Shown: positions 14,352 through 26,040, counted from the whole stretch's first letter. The stretch is DNA of 63,240 bases, filler included, from Octopus bimaculoides (GCF_001194135.2; 6 parts of 5 records of this genome joined end to end with filler, not necessarily neighbours in it), one strand, 5' to 3'. The notes: generated by a model not told the origin, from the sequence alone. Translations and numbers: made by a program.

Positions 14352-15600
14352 TAATATGCTATCCCATAAGTAATGCGTTTTTTATATTTCTTTCATTGTC
14401 GTAATAAGATAAAATTCTATTTTAATGTAAAATATACTCTCATTCATTTTCTACAATGCTCTTCCATCTAACTGGTAGTCTTCCAAGGTCCCCTCTCCCA
14501 AATTTCACTTATCCGTAAAGAAAAATACTCCCCCTGTACTGTTCTGAAATCGTCTAAAACATTCATGTCTTTTCCAACCAAATGATTTTGAAGACTGTAG
14601 AATAACTGATAATCAGATGTAGATATGTCCGGCAAATATGGTGTGTGGCGATTTGTTTTCCATTCAGACTGGTCTAGCCTTTGGAATGTCATCCTCGCTG
14701 TATGCGGCCGAGTATTATCCTGATGGTAGTATACAGAAGGTTGAACACCTTTCGTCTTAATAAGAAAGATGATCGTTCTTTTTTTCTTTTAGAGCTGACA
14801 TAAGCCGCTCAAGCTGCTCGAAGTAGATATCTTTTGTTATCTTTTGGTTTGAGTTTAAATGTAGAAAGTGGACTAGACAACTCATAAACTCATATCCCAC
14901 CAAACAAATAGAACACCTTAAGTGGGTGATGATCTTGTTTAGCCTGAGGTGTCGGTGTTTCTCCTCTTCCTACCCACTGCTTTCGGCACATTGTATTCTT
15001 GTAGAAAATTCATTTCTCGTTACCAATAGCTATTCGGTCCAAAATTGTTCTTTCCTCAGATGTGACAGCAAAGAAGCGTACACAATCGCTGTCGGGGCAC
15101 GATTAGGCTCGGCAAGTTTGTGAGGAACCCATTGACCCAATTTGCTGAATTTACCGATGGCACACAGAAGACGATGAATAGTTGAATAACCAAATGCAAG
15201 CTTCACTGCTAGTTCCTCAGCAGATACGATGAGCTTTTGTTCTACCAGTTTCGCAGAACGTCCTCATCGTGTTCTACAGATCTTCCAGGACGACGTTCAT
15301 CTTCTAGGTTGTAGTCTTCGTCTCGTAATTGCAGTAGTCCCATTGGCGCTGACTTACGCTTATTGACGGACACCCATATAGTGCATTATTATTCCTCGCG
15401 CTCTCCGTTGTGTCGTTGCCTTTATTGAACTCATAAAGAAGAAAATGCCTTATATGCTCCTTTGTCACTTCAATTATAAATGTTAAATTCGAAAACCACT
15501 CTTCGGATCTTACACTAAGATTAAGTGCAATTTATAATTACTACCTGTTTTTATAGCAAAGCGATACAGGTAATTTATCCAGTCCCACTCGGATTATTAG
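14352..15600 (-). mobile_element. mariner transposon remnant
   Basis: HTPYLPDISTSDYQLFYSLQNHLVGK (HPPYSPDLAPSDYHLF-like); end tatcccataagtaatgcg matches the TIR of the 49.9-50.7 kb copy. Confidence 0.8.
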
Positions 15601-15643
15601 TTCATGCAATTGAAAAAGCTGTATTATTAAAGAGGAGAATGAG

Positions 15644-15818
15644 AAAGAAGAAGAAGAAGAAGAAGAAGAAGAAGAAGAAGAAGAAGAAGAAGAAGAAGAA
15701 GAAGAAGAAGAAGAAGAAGAAGAAGAAGAAGAAGAAGAAGAAGAAGAAGAAGAAGAAGAAGAAGAAGAAGAAGAAGAAGAAGAAGAAGAAGAAGAAGAAG
15801 AAGAAGAAGAAGAAGAAG
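15644..15818. repeat. (GAA)n microsatellite, representative of very dense SSRs
   Basis: Pure GAA run; (AT)n, (AC)n, (AG)n, (TTA)n, (ATAC)n and (ATCT)n tracts occur throughout and flank most gaps. Confidence 0.95.
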
Positions 15819-15906
15819 AATCAATTCAGGTAGGAGATGTTTATAAAAACAGGTTTAGAAAGATATCGTCAAAGAAACATTATAAACGTAGGTTGATTCA
15901 ACTTAC

Positions 15907-15978
15907 AGAGTTGTTAAACTGGAAAGATTTCGGAAGCTCCCTGCTTGGATTTTCGCAATTTTATTACTGTACAACACC
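15907..15978 (-). CDS. Leucine-rich-repeat exon (72 nt, phase 2-2)
   Basis: ttatgttccag|VLYSNKIAKIQAGSFRNLSSLTTL|GTAAGT; typical extracellular LRR consensus. Confidence 0.85.
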
Positions 15979-16215
15979 CTGGAACATAACATTGAGTTAA
16001 GAACATTTATGGAACAAATTTGTGTCTAAAGAATTGGATGATGGAAGAGATGAAAAATAGATTACCATCATGGTGAACTTCAGGATGTTGTTGTAGATAA
16101 CGTTGGGTGGGACGGGGAAGTGGTGATTATGATGATGTGGGAGAGGAGAAGAAATAATTGCTGGAGTGTTGATGATATTGTGATGCTGATGATGGGGTGA
16201 TGTTAATTTAGATCA

Positions 16216-16892
16216 TTACGCATAATCGTGGAAGGGCCAGATACCGTCCAAATATAGGGGACAAAAGATTCAGGGAGGACTGACCCGGAGTGGAACTAGA
16301 AATACTTCTCCAGATCATGTCCCGAAAACTTCAATCCCGGACAACCTCCCTCTCCAAAACGGGATTGTATTGCACAATGACTGAGTGGGGAAAGGCCGCA
16401 TTGTTCTGTTTGTGGAGACACTACTCATCTGCGAGCATTCTAACCCCAACTGATAGAAAGTGCAAGAGTTGGAAGGCTTGCCACTGCTATCAACGCCAGG
16501 ACGAGGACAACAAACAACAAACACCAGCATCGGCAAAAACCATCAGCAACGAGACAGAAGTGATTCCCCTCCATGTAGTTGCTAAAATGTGTGTGAATGT
16601 AGAGAAAATAGCCCTACTCTAATGATGCGTCTGTACGCTGGTGAATTTGAGGAGAGGTGCGCCCTTTCTGTGCACCGTCGAAGCATCGGCTTGTTCGGGA
16701 TTAGGGCTTACCTGAGCCAAACCTGGATAGTCATCACAGCCATTGGGGAAATCTCATTGCAATATGTTTCTTGTTTCATGTGTTTTGTTATTATTTTCGG
16801 AACTGTTTACTCGTTGTTTTGCGTAAAATCCCCACTGTTCCCATCTACGGTATTGTCCCCTGTACGTCGGCACTTGTGGCCAATAAATGAAA

Positions 16893-16982
<90 letters not shown>
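16216..16982 (+). mobile_element. ORF1-only non-LTR retroelement, 5'-truncated copy
   Basis: Zinc-knuckle remnant CSVCGDTTHLRAF* (16402-16443), 3' UTR shared with the 18.3-20.0 kb copy, AATAAA and (TTA)n tail. Confidence 0.6.
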
Positions 16983-16983
<1 letters not shown>

Positions 16984-18319
16984 AAGTACTGGTAGTAGTA
17001 TTTCTTGCTGCTGTTGCAGTTGTCGCAGTCTTTCTTTCTGTCGTAGTAGAGGAAGAAAGAGGAAGATGTAGTGGTAGAAGACAAGGAGGAGAAGGAGACG
17101 GAAAAGAAATGATCAATAGAAAAGAAGTCATTTATGCAGACGGATCTGTTGTGTTTAGGAGTAAATGATGAAGACATAGAAAAGTGTAACATAAATTACT
17201 CTGATTTGGTAGGTGTTGCAACATTTAAGCATGTATAATGTAATTCACAATAAACAATTACAACATAGAACCGTGAATGGTAATTAGCGTTGAACGAGAT
17301 GTAAACATAATAAATAATATACAAAAATATATACACATGAAGTCTATACCCTCGTGTACATTCACTCATACTGAAAGACACATACTTATATATACACATA
17401 CATGCACAAAAACATATACGTTAATTATCAGAAACTCATACATAAACCCAGACACTGATATTCACACAGACACAAACACACACAACACACTCACGCACAC
17501 ACCCACACACACCCATACACACACCTCACACATTCACAAAGAATAGCATATTCCTGTGGAAAGCGATTGAGTGTATATAGTGCGTCAAGGAGATTGAAAG
17601 AAAAAAGAAAGCATGGAAAGACATTAAATGTAGATCACCATCATGATGAACTTCATGATGACGTTGTAGATAATGTTGGGTGGTATGAGAGCAGTGATGA
17701 ATATGATAATGTGGCAGAGGCGAAGAAATTATTGCGGGAATGTCGATGATGATGATGGGGTGACGATGTTAATTTTGATCCTTGTGAAAATGATGAAGAT
17801 TTTCAGTCTTTATTGTGATTATGAATATCATGGTGATGATGATGATGATGATGATGATGGTGTTGAGGAATCTGTATGTGTAGAAGAAGAAGAAGAAGAA
17901 GAAGAAGAAGAAGAAGAAGAAGAAGAAGAAGAAGAAGAAGAAGAAGAAGAAGAAGAAGAAGAAGAAGAAGAAGCTAAGGAAGAAGTAGAAGAAGTAGAAG
18001 TAGCAAAAGAAGAAGAAGGAGGAGGAGAAAAAATGTTAAAAGAACAATCAACTGAGGGTGCAAATTGTTATTTTAAAATGAAAATATTCCGTAACATATA
18101 TACAAATAATATGCGAGGTGATGTGAAATTCATTGGAAAGAAATATCACAACACAAAGGATAAATCATAAATGGTCTGGGATGGAGAAGAAAAAAGAGTA
18201 GATGCAGTTGAAAAAAATTGATTAACATAAGAGAAAGAAGAAAGAGGTGAAGGTAGGTAGGAGATTTTTATGGAAACTACGAAAAAGAAAAAACAACGTA
18301 ATAATACAAACACACACAC

Positions 18320-19939
18320 CTACACTCTCTTCATAGCAAACAGTCGGCGGTACCAGAATCAAGAATAGCAGTGATGTAGTTGTAGCTGTGATGGAGGCAA
18401 CAAAACAACTGCCTACAACACCACCACCAAAAGAAATAGTAGTAACAATATTAACGACCTCAATAAAACCAACACCAACGAGAACAACAATAACAATATC
18501 ACCACCACAAATCACAGCAAGGTCACAATTGCAGCAGCATCAGCTAAGACAAGGCAACGTTTCAGCATAGACATCACAAAGTTGAACAGTTGGTTCAAGC
18601 CTCGGAGCTCATGAAGCAGGAGCAAACCTGGGCTAACGTACCTATAACAAAACAGGCTTCTGAAGCAGTGGAGGTAAAAACAGTTGTTTTCAGATGCATC
18701 TAAACAGACACAAAGAAGCCAGCAATAATTGCACAAACAGGTATTGAAGCTGCACTGACGGATGATACCGAATACATAGCGATGTTTTGAAGTCCATGCG
18801 AAAGCAACAAGTTCATTACAAGTATCCATCCCATGTAGTGAGTGTCTGCATTCCCAGGATTCCACTTGGTTGGCTTGTGGGATGCATAATCGAGTAAAGA
18901 TCAGATACCGTTCCGATAGAGGTGACAAAAGAGTCAGGGAGGACTGGACCAGATTGGAATTAGAGATACTTCTCCAGATCATGCTCGAAAACTACAAAAG
19001 AATCCCGGACCACCTACCTCTCCAAAACAGGATAGTATTGTAAATAATGACTGAGTGAAAAAGTCCGCATTGTTCTGTTTGTGGAGAAAATACTCATTTA
19101 GGAGCCTTCTACATCCAACGGATAAAAAGTGCCAGGGATGGAATGCTTGCTATCTGCGCCAGGACAAGTACCACAACCAACAAACACCATCACCGGCAAA
19201 AATATCAGCAATGAAAAACGAAACACCACCAAAGACATTGACCATCATAGGAAGAAACGAAGAAAGGTCTCTCCCCCAACATCGATGAATATACACATCA
19301 ATAAGAATATAAACCTAGAGATAGACACAGACACAGTTACAGCTGCAGATTCCTCATCTCTTTGTAGAGAAGATTAAGGAAAACGAAACTGCAAAAAAAA
19401 AATTAACAAAGCAGAAATCAAAACCTCCTCGAAGCAGAACAACACCCACAATAAAAAAATACAGACACCTGCCACGCAAAGGCACACCAGCACAACCAAC
19501 ACCATCGCTATCAGCAGATTCCGCCAAACGCAAACAACCTAAACATGCACAGGAACAAACACTCACACAAATATCTGAAACTGCAGATACCACAGTCACG
19601 GTAAACAAACATTAACATGGCCCGTGTGCATGGACCTACTCCAATAATGCGTCTGTAGGCTGGTGAATTTGAGGAGGAGAGGTGTACTCTTCCCGTATAC
19701 CATCCATGCATCGGGTAGTTCAGGATTAGGGGTATCTGGGCCAACCCTGCATGGTCTCACCCCTATTGCGGAAATTTCATTGTAATATTTTAATTTTCTC
19801 GTGTTTTTTGTTAAAAGTTTACTCGTTGTTTTGTGTAAAATACCCACTGCTCCCGTCTGCTGTATTGTCCCCTATACGTCGACACTAGTGGCCAATGAAT
19901 GAAGTCCTTCTTATTATTATTACTATTATTAGTGATATA

Positions 19940-20023
<84 letters not shown>

Positions 20024-20029
20024 TTATGT
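18320..20029 (+). mobile_element. ORF1-only non-LTR retroelement, longer copy
   Basis: Decayed gag-like ORF1 with CSVCGENTHLGAFY (19071-19112; C-x2-C-x4-H-x4-C with last C mutated), basic linker, about 280-bp 3' UTR and (TTA)n tail; no EN/RT sequence. Confidence 0.6.
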
Positions 20030-21171
20030 NNNNNNNNNNNNNNNNNNNNNNNNNNNNNNNNNNNNNNNNNNNNTTAATTAATTAANNNNNNNNNNNNNNN
20101 NNNNNNNNNNNNNNNNNNNNNNNNNNNNNTGGTCTTGGGTTCAGTCCCACTGCGTGGCATCTTGAGCAAGTGTCTTCTACTATAGCCTCGGGCCGATCAA
20201 AGCCTTGTGAGTGTATTTGGTAGACGGAAACTGAAAGAAGCCTGTCATATATATGTATGTGTGTATGTGTTTGTATGTCTGTGTTTGTCCCCCCAACATC
20301 ACTTGACAACCAATGCTGGTGTGTTTATGCCCTCGTAACTTAGCGGGTCAGCAAAAGAGACTGATAGAATAAGTACTAGGCTTCCAAAGAATAAGTCCTG
20401 GGGTCGATTTGCTCGACTAAAGGCGGTGCTCCAGCATGGCCGCAGTCAAATGACTGAAACAAGTAAAAGAAAAAAAAAGAAGAAAAAATACATATATATG
20501 TCCATACATGTAAATATTGAAAAATGAGAATGAGTGTTCAACAGTGCCTTGGTAGATAAAGATTCTTTATTTGTGGATTAAGGCTACCATTGGTTTCCTG
20601 TTAGGAACTCCCTTAACAATTAATTATCAGGCCTATCACATCAATGTTAACTTCCAGTGGAGATGAAACCAATGGTAGCCTTAATCCTTGAATAGAGTAT
20701 ATATATATATATAAACATTGTTATGACTGGCACTGGTCACAGCATCATGAAATGGCACAAACTGTTGGCTTTTGAATGTTTTTAAATGCTGTGATTCATG
20801 TGTTCACCTGATGATAGTCAATTAAAATCTCATTGGAAACAGGATGGACCATGGATGAAACAGGATGGACATATGGTCCATCTGTTGTTATTATTTCTAT
20901 ATATAAATACTCATACATATATGTGTGGTAAGAAGCTTGCTTCCTAACCGTATGGTTCCGGGTTCAGTCTCACTGGGTGGCACCTTGGCCAAGTGTCTTC
21001 TACTATAGTCTCAAGCTGACCAAAGCCTTGTGAGTGGATTTGGTCGACGGAAACTGAAAGAATCCTGTCGTATATATATGTGTGTTTGTCCCCACCACCA
21101 TCTCTTGACAACTGATGTTGGTGCTCCAGCATGGCCACAGCCAAATGACTGAAACAAGTAAAAGAATAAAA

Positions 21172-21214
<43 letters not shown>

Positions 21215-21234
21215 CAGTGTATATNNNNNNNNNN

Positions 21235-21392
21235 AGCTAAGTTCCAAACCACTATTAGGGATAAAACTTCGAAGGGAATGAAAAATAAAAACATTTACCA
21301 TCTAATTCCTGGACCATGGTTTCAGATGGTAAATGTTTTTATTTTTCATTCCCTTCGAAGTTTTATCCCTAATAGTGGTTTGGAACTTAGCT
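21235..21392. repeat. Perfect inverted repeat, 69-bp arms, 20-nt loop
   Basis: 21235-21303 is the exact reverse complement of 21324-21392; the left arm abuts a 10-N gap. Confidence 0.9.
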
Positions 21393-21978
21393 GTTCTTTC
21401 TAGCATGTAAGGATTCTTATGATGGATACCTCTTATGTGTTTAAATGTACATTGTATTTATATGAATAATATATAGTCTATGGACTAAATTTTTACACGC
21501 TAGGCCACTGGTAGTAGAAATTTCTAATATTTCTAACTACCCTTGATATGTATATGTATATGTTTCTGTCTGTCTGTCTCTTTCTCTCTCTCTCTAGTGC
21601 ATAGGCGTATATGAGTATACACACACACACATACACACACACAGAATAGATGCGCCTTATTATATCGTTTTATCTGTGTTCGCAGTGCTTCAAACTTGTT
21701 AATTCTTTTTATGCTCGTGGCTTGTCAACTAAATCCCTAGATTAAATATTCAAATACATCAAATGACTTTACAGGTCGTCGTCGACTTACGACCACAATT
21801 GGTTCTGACTGACTGATTGTAAGTTAATTTGGTCATAAGTTGTCCTATAGGCCTACTCAGTGTTGTTTTATATCTTTACATTCTTAAGGTACATTCTCGG
21901 GTAAAAGTCACACACAGCGTTCTGTATTATCCTACAACAGTGTTATTTGTTCAGTCTCAAGCAATCATCTAATAAATA

Positions 21979-22367
21979 GGCGCAGGAGTGGCTGTGTGGT
22001 AAGTAGCTTCCTTACCAACCACATGGTCCCTAGTTCAGTCCCATTGCGTGGCACCTTGGGCAAATGTCTTCTACTATAGCCTTCGGCCGACCAAAGCCTT
22101 GTGAGTGGATTTGGTAGATGGATACTGGAAGAAGCCTGTCGTATATGTATATATACATGTGTGTTTGTGTGTCTGTTTGTCCCCCCAGCATCACTTGACA
22201 ACCGATGCTAGTGTGTTTACATTCCCATAACTTAGTGGTTCGGCAAAAGGGACCGATAAAATAAGTACTAGGCTTACAACGAAAAAGCTCTGGGGTCGAT
22301 TTGCTCGACTATAAAGGCAGTGCTCCAGCATGGCCGCAGTCAAATGACTGAAACAAGTAAAAGAGTA
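21979..22367 (+). mobile_element. tRNA-derived SINE family A, full-length copy
   Basis: 5' GGCGCAGGAGTGGC, B-box-like GTTCAGTCCC, internal microsatellite, AATGACTGAAACAAGTAAAAGAG end; possible AATAAATA TSD. Confidence 0.8.
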
Positions 22368-22644
22368 AATAAATACAAGATTTCCTTGATGTCTTGGTAA
22401 CAAGATATTCCTCCAACACTTGGGATAACCACAGTGGCGATCGAAAACCAAAGCCTAGGGTAAGCACTTGTTAGCTGATGTCATCCGTAGATGGGTTAAT
22501 TTCTAAGGAATCAAACCCATTAGATTTCAGCTGAACTATTTATTATTGCTGCTGGAAGCTGGTGCACCAATTGCCGTAATGTCGTTTGGTCTTAAGTCGG
22601 ATAGGTTGTAAGTTGATGAGCACCTCTATTCCATTTTTAGCTAT

Positions 22645-23125
22645 ACATCATCATCACCATCATCATCATCGTTTTACGTCCGCTTTCCATGCTAGCATGG
22701 GTTGGACGATTTGACTGAGGACTGGTGAAACCAGGTGGCTACACCAGGCTCCAATCTGATCTGGCAGAGTTTCTACAGCTGGATGCCCTTCCTAACGCCA
22801 ACCACTCTGAGAGTGTCGTTTATATATATATCATCATCATCATCATCATCATCGTTTAACGTCTGCTTTCCATGCTAGCATGGGTTGGACGATTTGACTG
22901 AGGACTGGTGAAACCAGGTGGCTGCACCAGGCTCCAATCTGATTTGGCAGAGTTTCTACAGCTGGATGCCCTTCCTAACGCCAACCACTCCGAGAGTGTA
23001 GTGGGTGCTTTTACGTGCCACCGGCACAAAGGCTAGTCAGGCGGTACTGGCAACGGCCACACTCGAAATGGTGTATATTACGTGCCACCTGCACAGGAGC
23101 CAGTCCAGTGGGCACTGGCAACGAA
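22645..23125 (-). mobile_element. SINE/LINE 3' end family with (ATG)n tail, tandem partial copies
   Basis: About 190-bp unit repeated at 22645, 22831 and 23480, each starting with (CAT)n on plus. Confidence 0.6.
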
Positions 23126-23248
23126 TGCAAAAAAAAAAAAAAAAAAAAAAAAGGATGGTGTCTACTTACTTTTGATGTGAAGGAGAAAAAAAAGAACAAG
23201 AAGAAGAATAACAACAAATGAGGTTATTATGTTAAATTGTCTGAGACT

Positions 23249-23254
23249 TTATTA
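23249..23254 (-). terminator. Candidate polyadenylation signal of the EPDR-like gene
   Basis: AATAAA on the minus strand about 80 nt after the stop codon. Confidence 0.4.
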
Positions 23255-23332
23255 TATCATTATAATAAACAATATTATTATCAATATTATTATTATGATT
23301 GTTATTACCAAGGTTCTTAAAAACCATGTTTC

Positions 23333-23395
23333 TTAGAGCACGTAAGGAGTCATGAATCCCAAAGAGTGCAGTCTTGCTCGGACGGCGGGTGGTGG
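23333..23395 (-). CDS. EPDR-like terminal coding exon
   Basis: Strong acceptor tctctatttttgcag|, phase 0, PPPAVRARLHSLGFMTPYVL-stop, followed by an AT-rich 3' UTR. Confidence 0.65.
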   Translation of the reverse strand, partial: PPPAVRARLHSLGFMTPYVL

Positions 23396-24002
23396 CTGCA
23401 AAAATAGAGATAACATACATAAATACATACTGGCATATATATATACATATATATACACATACATACATAGACACACACACATCATCATCGTCATCGTCGT
23501 CGTTTAACGTCCGCTTTCCATGCTAGCATGGGTTGGACGATTTGACTGAGGACTGGTGAAACCAGGTGGCTGCACCAGGCTCCAATCTGATTTGGCAGAG
23601 TTTCTACAGCTGGATGCCCTTCCTAACGCCAACCACTCTGAGAGTGTCGTTTATATATATATCATCATCATCATCATCATCATCGTTTANNNNNNNNNNN
23701 NNNNNNNNNNNNNNNNNNNNNNNNNNNNNNNNNNNNNNNNNNNNNNNNNNNNNNNNNNNNNNNNNNNNNNNNNNNNNNNNNNNNNNNNNNNNNNNNNNNN
23801 NNNNNNNNNNNNNNNNNNNNNNNNNNNNNNNNNNNNNNNNNNNNNNNNNNNNNNNNNNNNNNNNNNNNNNNNNNNNNNNNNNNNNNNNNNNNNNNNNNNN
23901 NNNNNNNNNNNNNNNNNNNNNNNNNNNNNNNNNNNNNNNNNNNNNNNNNNNNNNNNNNNNNNNNNNNNNNNNNNNNNNNNNNNNNNNNNNNNNNNNNNNN
24001 NN

Positions 24003-24047
<45 letters not shown>

Positions 24048-24134
24048 CACATATATATATATACATATATGTGACCACGTGTGTATCATTGGCAATTTTC
24101 TTTCTCCGTCTTCCCTTCTTTGGACTATTTCTAT

Positions 24135-24169
24135 ATTTCTGATGAAGAGCTCCGCTCGAAACATGAAAT
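24135..24169 (+). ncRNA. Degenerate minimal hammerhead motif
   Basis: ATTT-CTGATGA-A-GAGC(TCC)GCTC-GAAAC-ATG-AAAT; core and stems I/II present but cleavage triplet is ATG, not GUH. Confidence 0.45.
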
Positions 24170-24335
24170 CCTCTTTCTTTTCTTTCCTTTCCTGAGCGTC
24201 CAATAACACTGTACTTATTCCACGTCCTCGCGTTGTTGTTGTTTTTTTGTTGTTTTTTCTTGCTTGTTCATGTTCGGATTGACTACATAAAGTTTGGATT
24301 TGGTAGATGGAAACATATATACATCTATATCTATA

Positions 24336-24366
<31 letters not shown>

Positions 24367-24617
24367 GTGTGTGTATGTGTGTGTGTCTGTATCTGTGTTT
24401 GTTCCCCACCACTGCTTGACAACTGGTGTTGGTGTGTTTATGTCCCTGTAACCCAGTGATTCGGCAAAACAGGGCCAATAAAATAAGTACCAGGCCTAAA
24501 AATAATACGTCCTGGGGTCGATTTGTTCAACTAAAACCCTTCAAGGTGGTGCCCCAGCATGACCGCAGCCAAATGACTGAAACAAGTAAAAGATAAAAGA
24601 TAAAAGATGTTTCTTAC

Positions 24618-24721
24618 CTTATTGTAAGAAGATTTGAAACATATCGAAGGGATTTCAAAGACGCTTGGGTCCTCAACAAATTCTTCAAGGTTGGCTAACT
24701 GGCTCATTGTTGCTGTTCTCT
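24618..24721 (-). CDS. EPDR-like core exon (104 nt, phase 1-0)
   Basis: caattacag|(Q)RTATMSQLANLEEFVEDPSVFEIPSICFKSSYNK|GTAAGA; DPSVF-x-I-P-x-x-C matches the ependymin C-terminal motif. Confidence 0.9.
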
Positions 24722-25122
24722 CTGTAATTGAAATGAAACCTTCAGCAAGTATTTCAGACATACACAGCACTGCATTCAGTATTCTTTCATTCGACTCGTA
24801 TGCATTCACACACACACACACATATGTATTTGCATGCATGAACATGCATGAATACATACATGCATGAATACATACATACAAACATACATACACATATACA
24901 TACATACATACATATTATTGGGGCCCTGGGATATGTAACACACTGCCTAAATATCAATCTTGAGAAATTAGGTTTCTCAAAACCATAGAGAAGTAAGCTA
25001 ATTCGAAGACTACAGATCCAATCCATCACTGGAACTGTAAAAATCTGGAAAACTTCCCAGAAGTTTATCATTTAAATATATATGAGCATAAAACATGCAA
25101 ATCTGCACATACATACATACAT

Positions 25123-25209
<87 letters not shown>

Positions 25210-25376
25210 TACATACACACATACATACATACAGACAAACAAAAATACCCTGTTGTTGGTGTTGAAATTCCAATGAAGAAGTCTTGGATTTAGGTTAGAA
25301 ACCAGTTCTTTCTCTATTGACAAGAAATCTTGAAATAAACTGAATAATGACATACATACACATAAACATACATACA

Positions 25377-25408
<32 letters not shown>

Positions 25409-25740
25409 ATATGATATAATTAATGAGAGAGATGGAAAATGGAATATATGAGAATATTTATTGGTCACTACAATCACTTCAACCCATCTAGCATTGATTC
25501 CTTGTGAAGGGAATACTGGAGTGATCAATAAAGATTCTCATATATTTCATCTTCTGTTTCTCTCATTAATCAAATGAACACTGAGGCAGTGAACATGCTT
25601 TACTGGTTAACTACCAGGTGTATAGAATATGCTTTGTTAACTACAATAAATACGTATGTATGTATATAAGGATTTACTTTTTGTAATGAGATAAAAAAAA
25701 ACCCAAAGCTGTGTACATTATAGAACATTTATAAATAGAA

Positions 25741-25800
25741 GCTCTTACAGCTGTTTCCAGGATATTTATTATATCCCTTCATCGGAGACGGTGTAAGAGG
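25741..25800 (-). ncRNA. Variant hammerhead-like motif
   Basis: Minus strand: TCT-CCGATGA-A-GGGATA/TATCCT-G-GAAAC-AGCT-GTA-AGA; U4C core variant, palindromic stem III (ACAGCTGT), only 3-bp stem I. Confidence 0.5.
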
Positions 25801-25977
25801 ATGGTTATGCAATAGTTAGTTTAGATAAGATAGGAAATAGAGAGTGAATGTAGGGATATTATATTTGTAAATCAATTGTTTAGGCAGAATGGTATACATA
25901 TAAGATTCCAATACCTTGTAAGTAAAATCCAAAATACATAAATACATACATACATATAAATATAAAATCATCAATAT

Positions 25978-26040
25978 ATCATGCTGAAGAGTGGGAAAGA
26001 ATGAATTTTATATTCTTAATCACGAAACGTCGTACATGAT
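25978..26040 (+). ncRNA. Type I hammerhead ribozyme motif (canonical core)
   Basis: Stem I ATCATG/CATGAT, core CTGAAGA, stem II GTG..AAGAAT/ATTCTT..CAC, GAAAC, short stem III (AC-GTC-GT), GUA cleavage triplet. Confidence 0.8.

Noticed and set aside
15525-15833. Poly-K / poly-L ORFs and similar poly-E, poly-I, YI, HT and VC ORFs
   Set aside because: Translations of simple sequence repeats.
23480-23690. Near-identical repeat of 22645-22860
   Set aside because: Abuts a gap and is a high-copy retroposon end; could be assembly redundancy and is not a CRISPR-like or functional array.
23395-24618. Idea of an EPDR-LRR fusion protein
   Set aside because: The EPDR-like gene has its own terminal exon, stop and AATAAA, and its last internal exon ends in phase 0 while LRR exons need phase 2.
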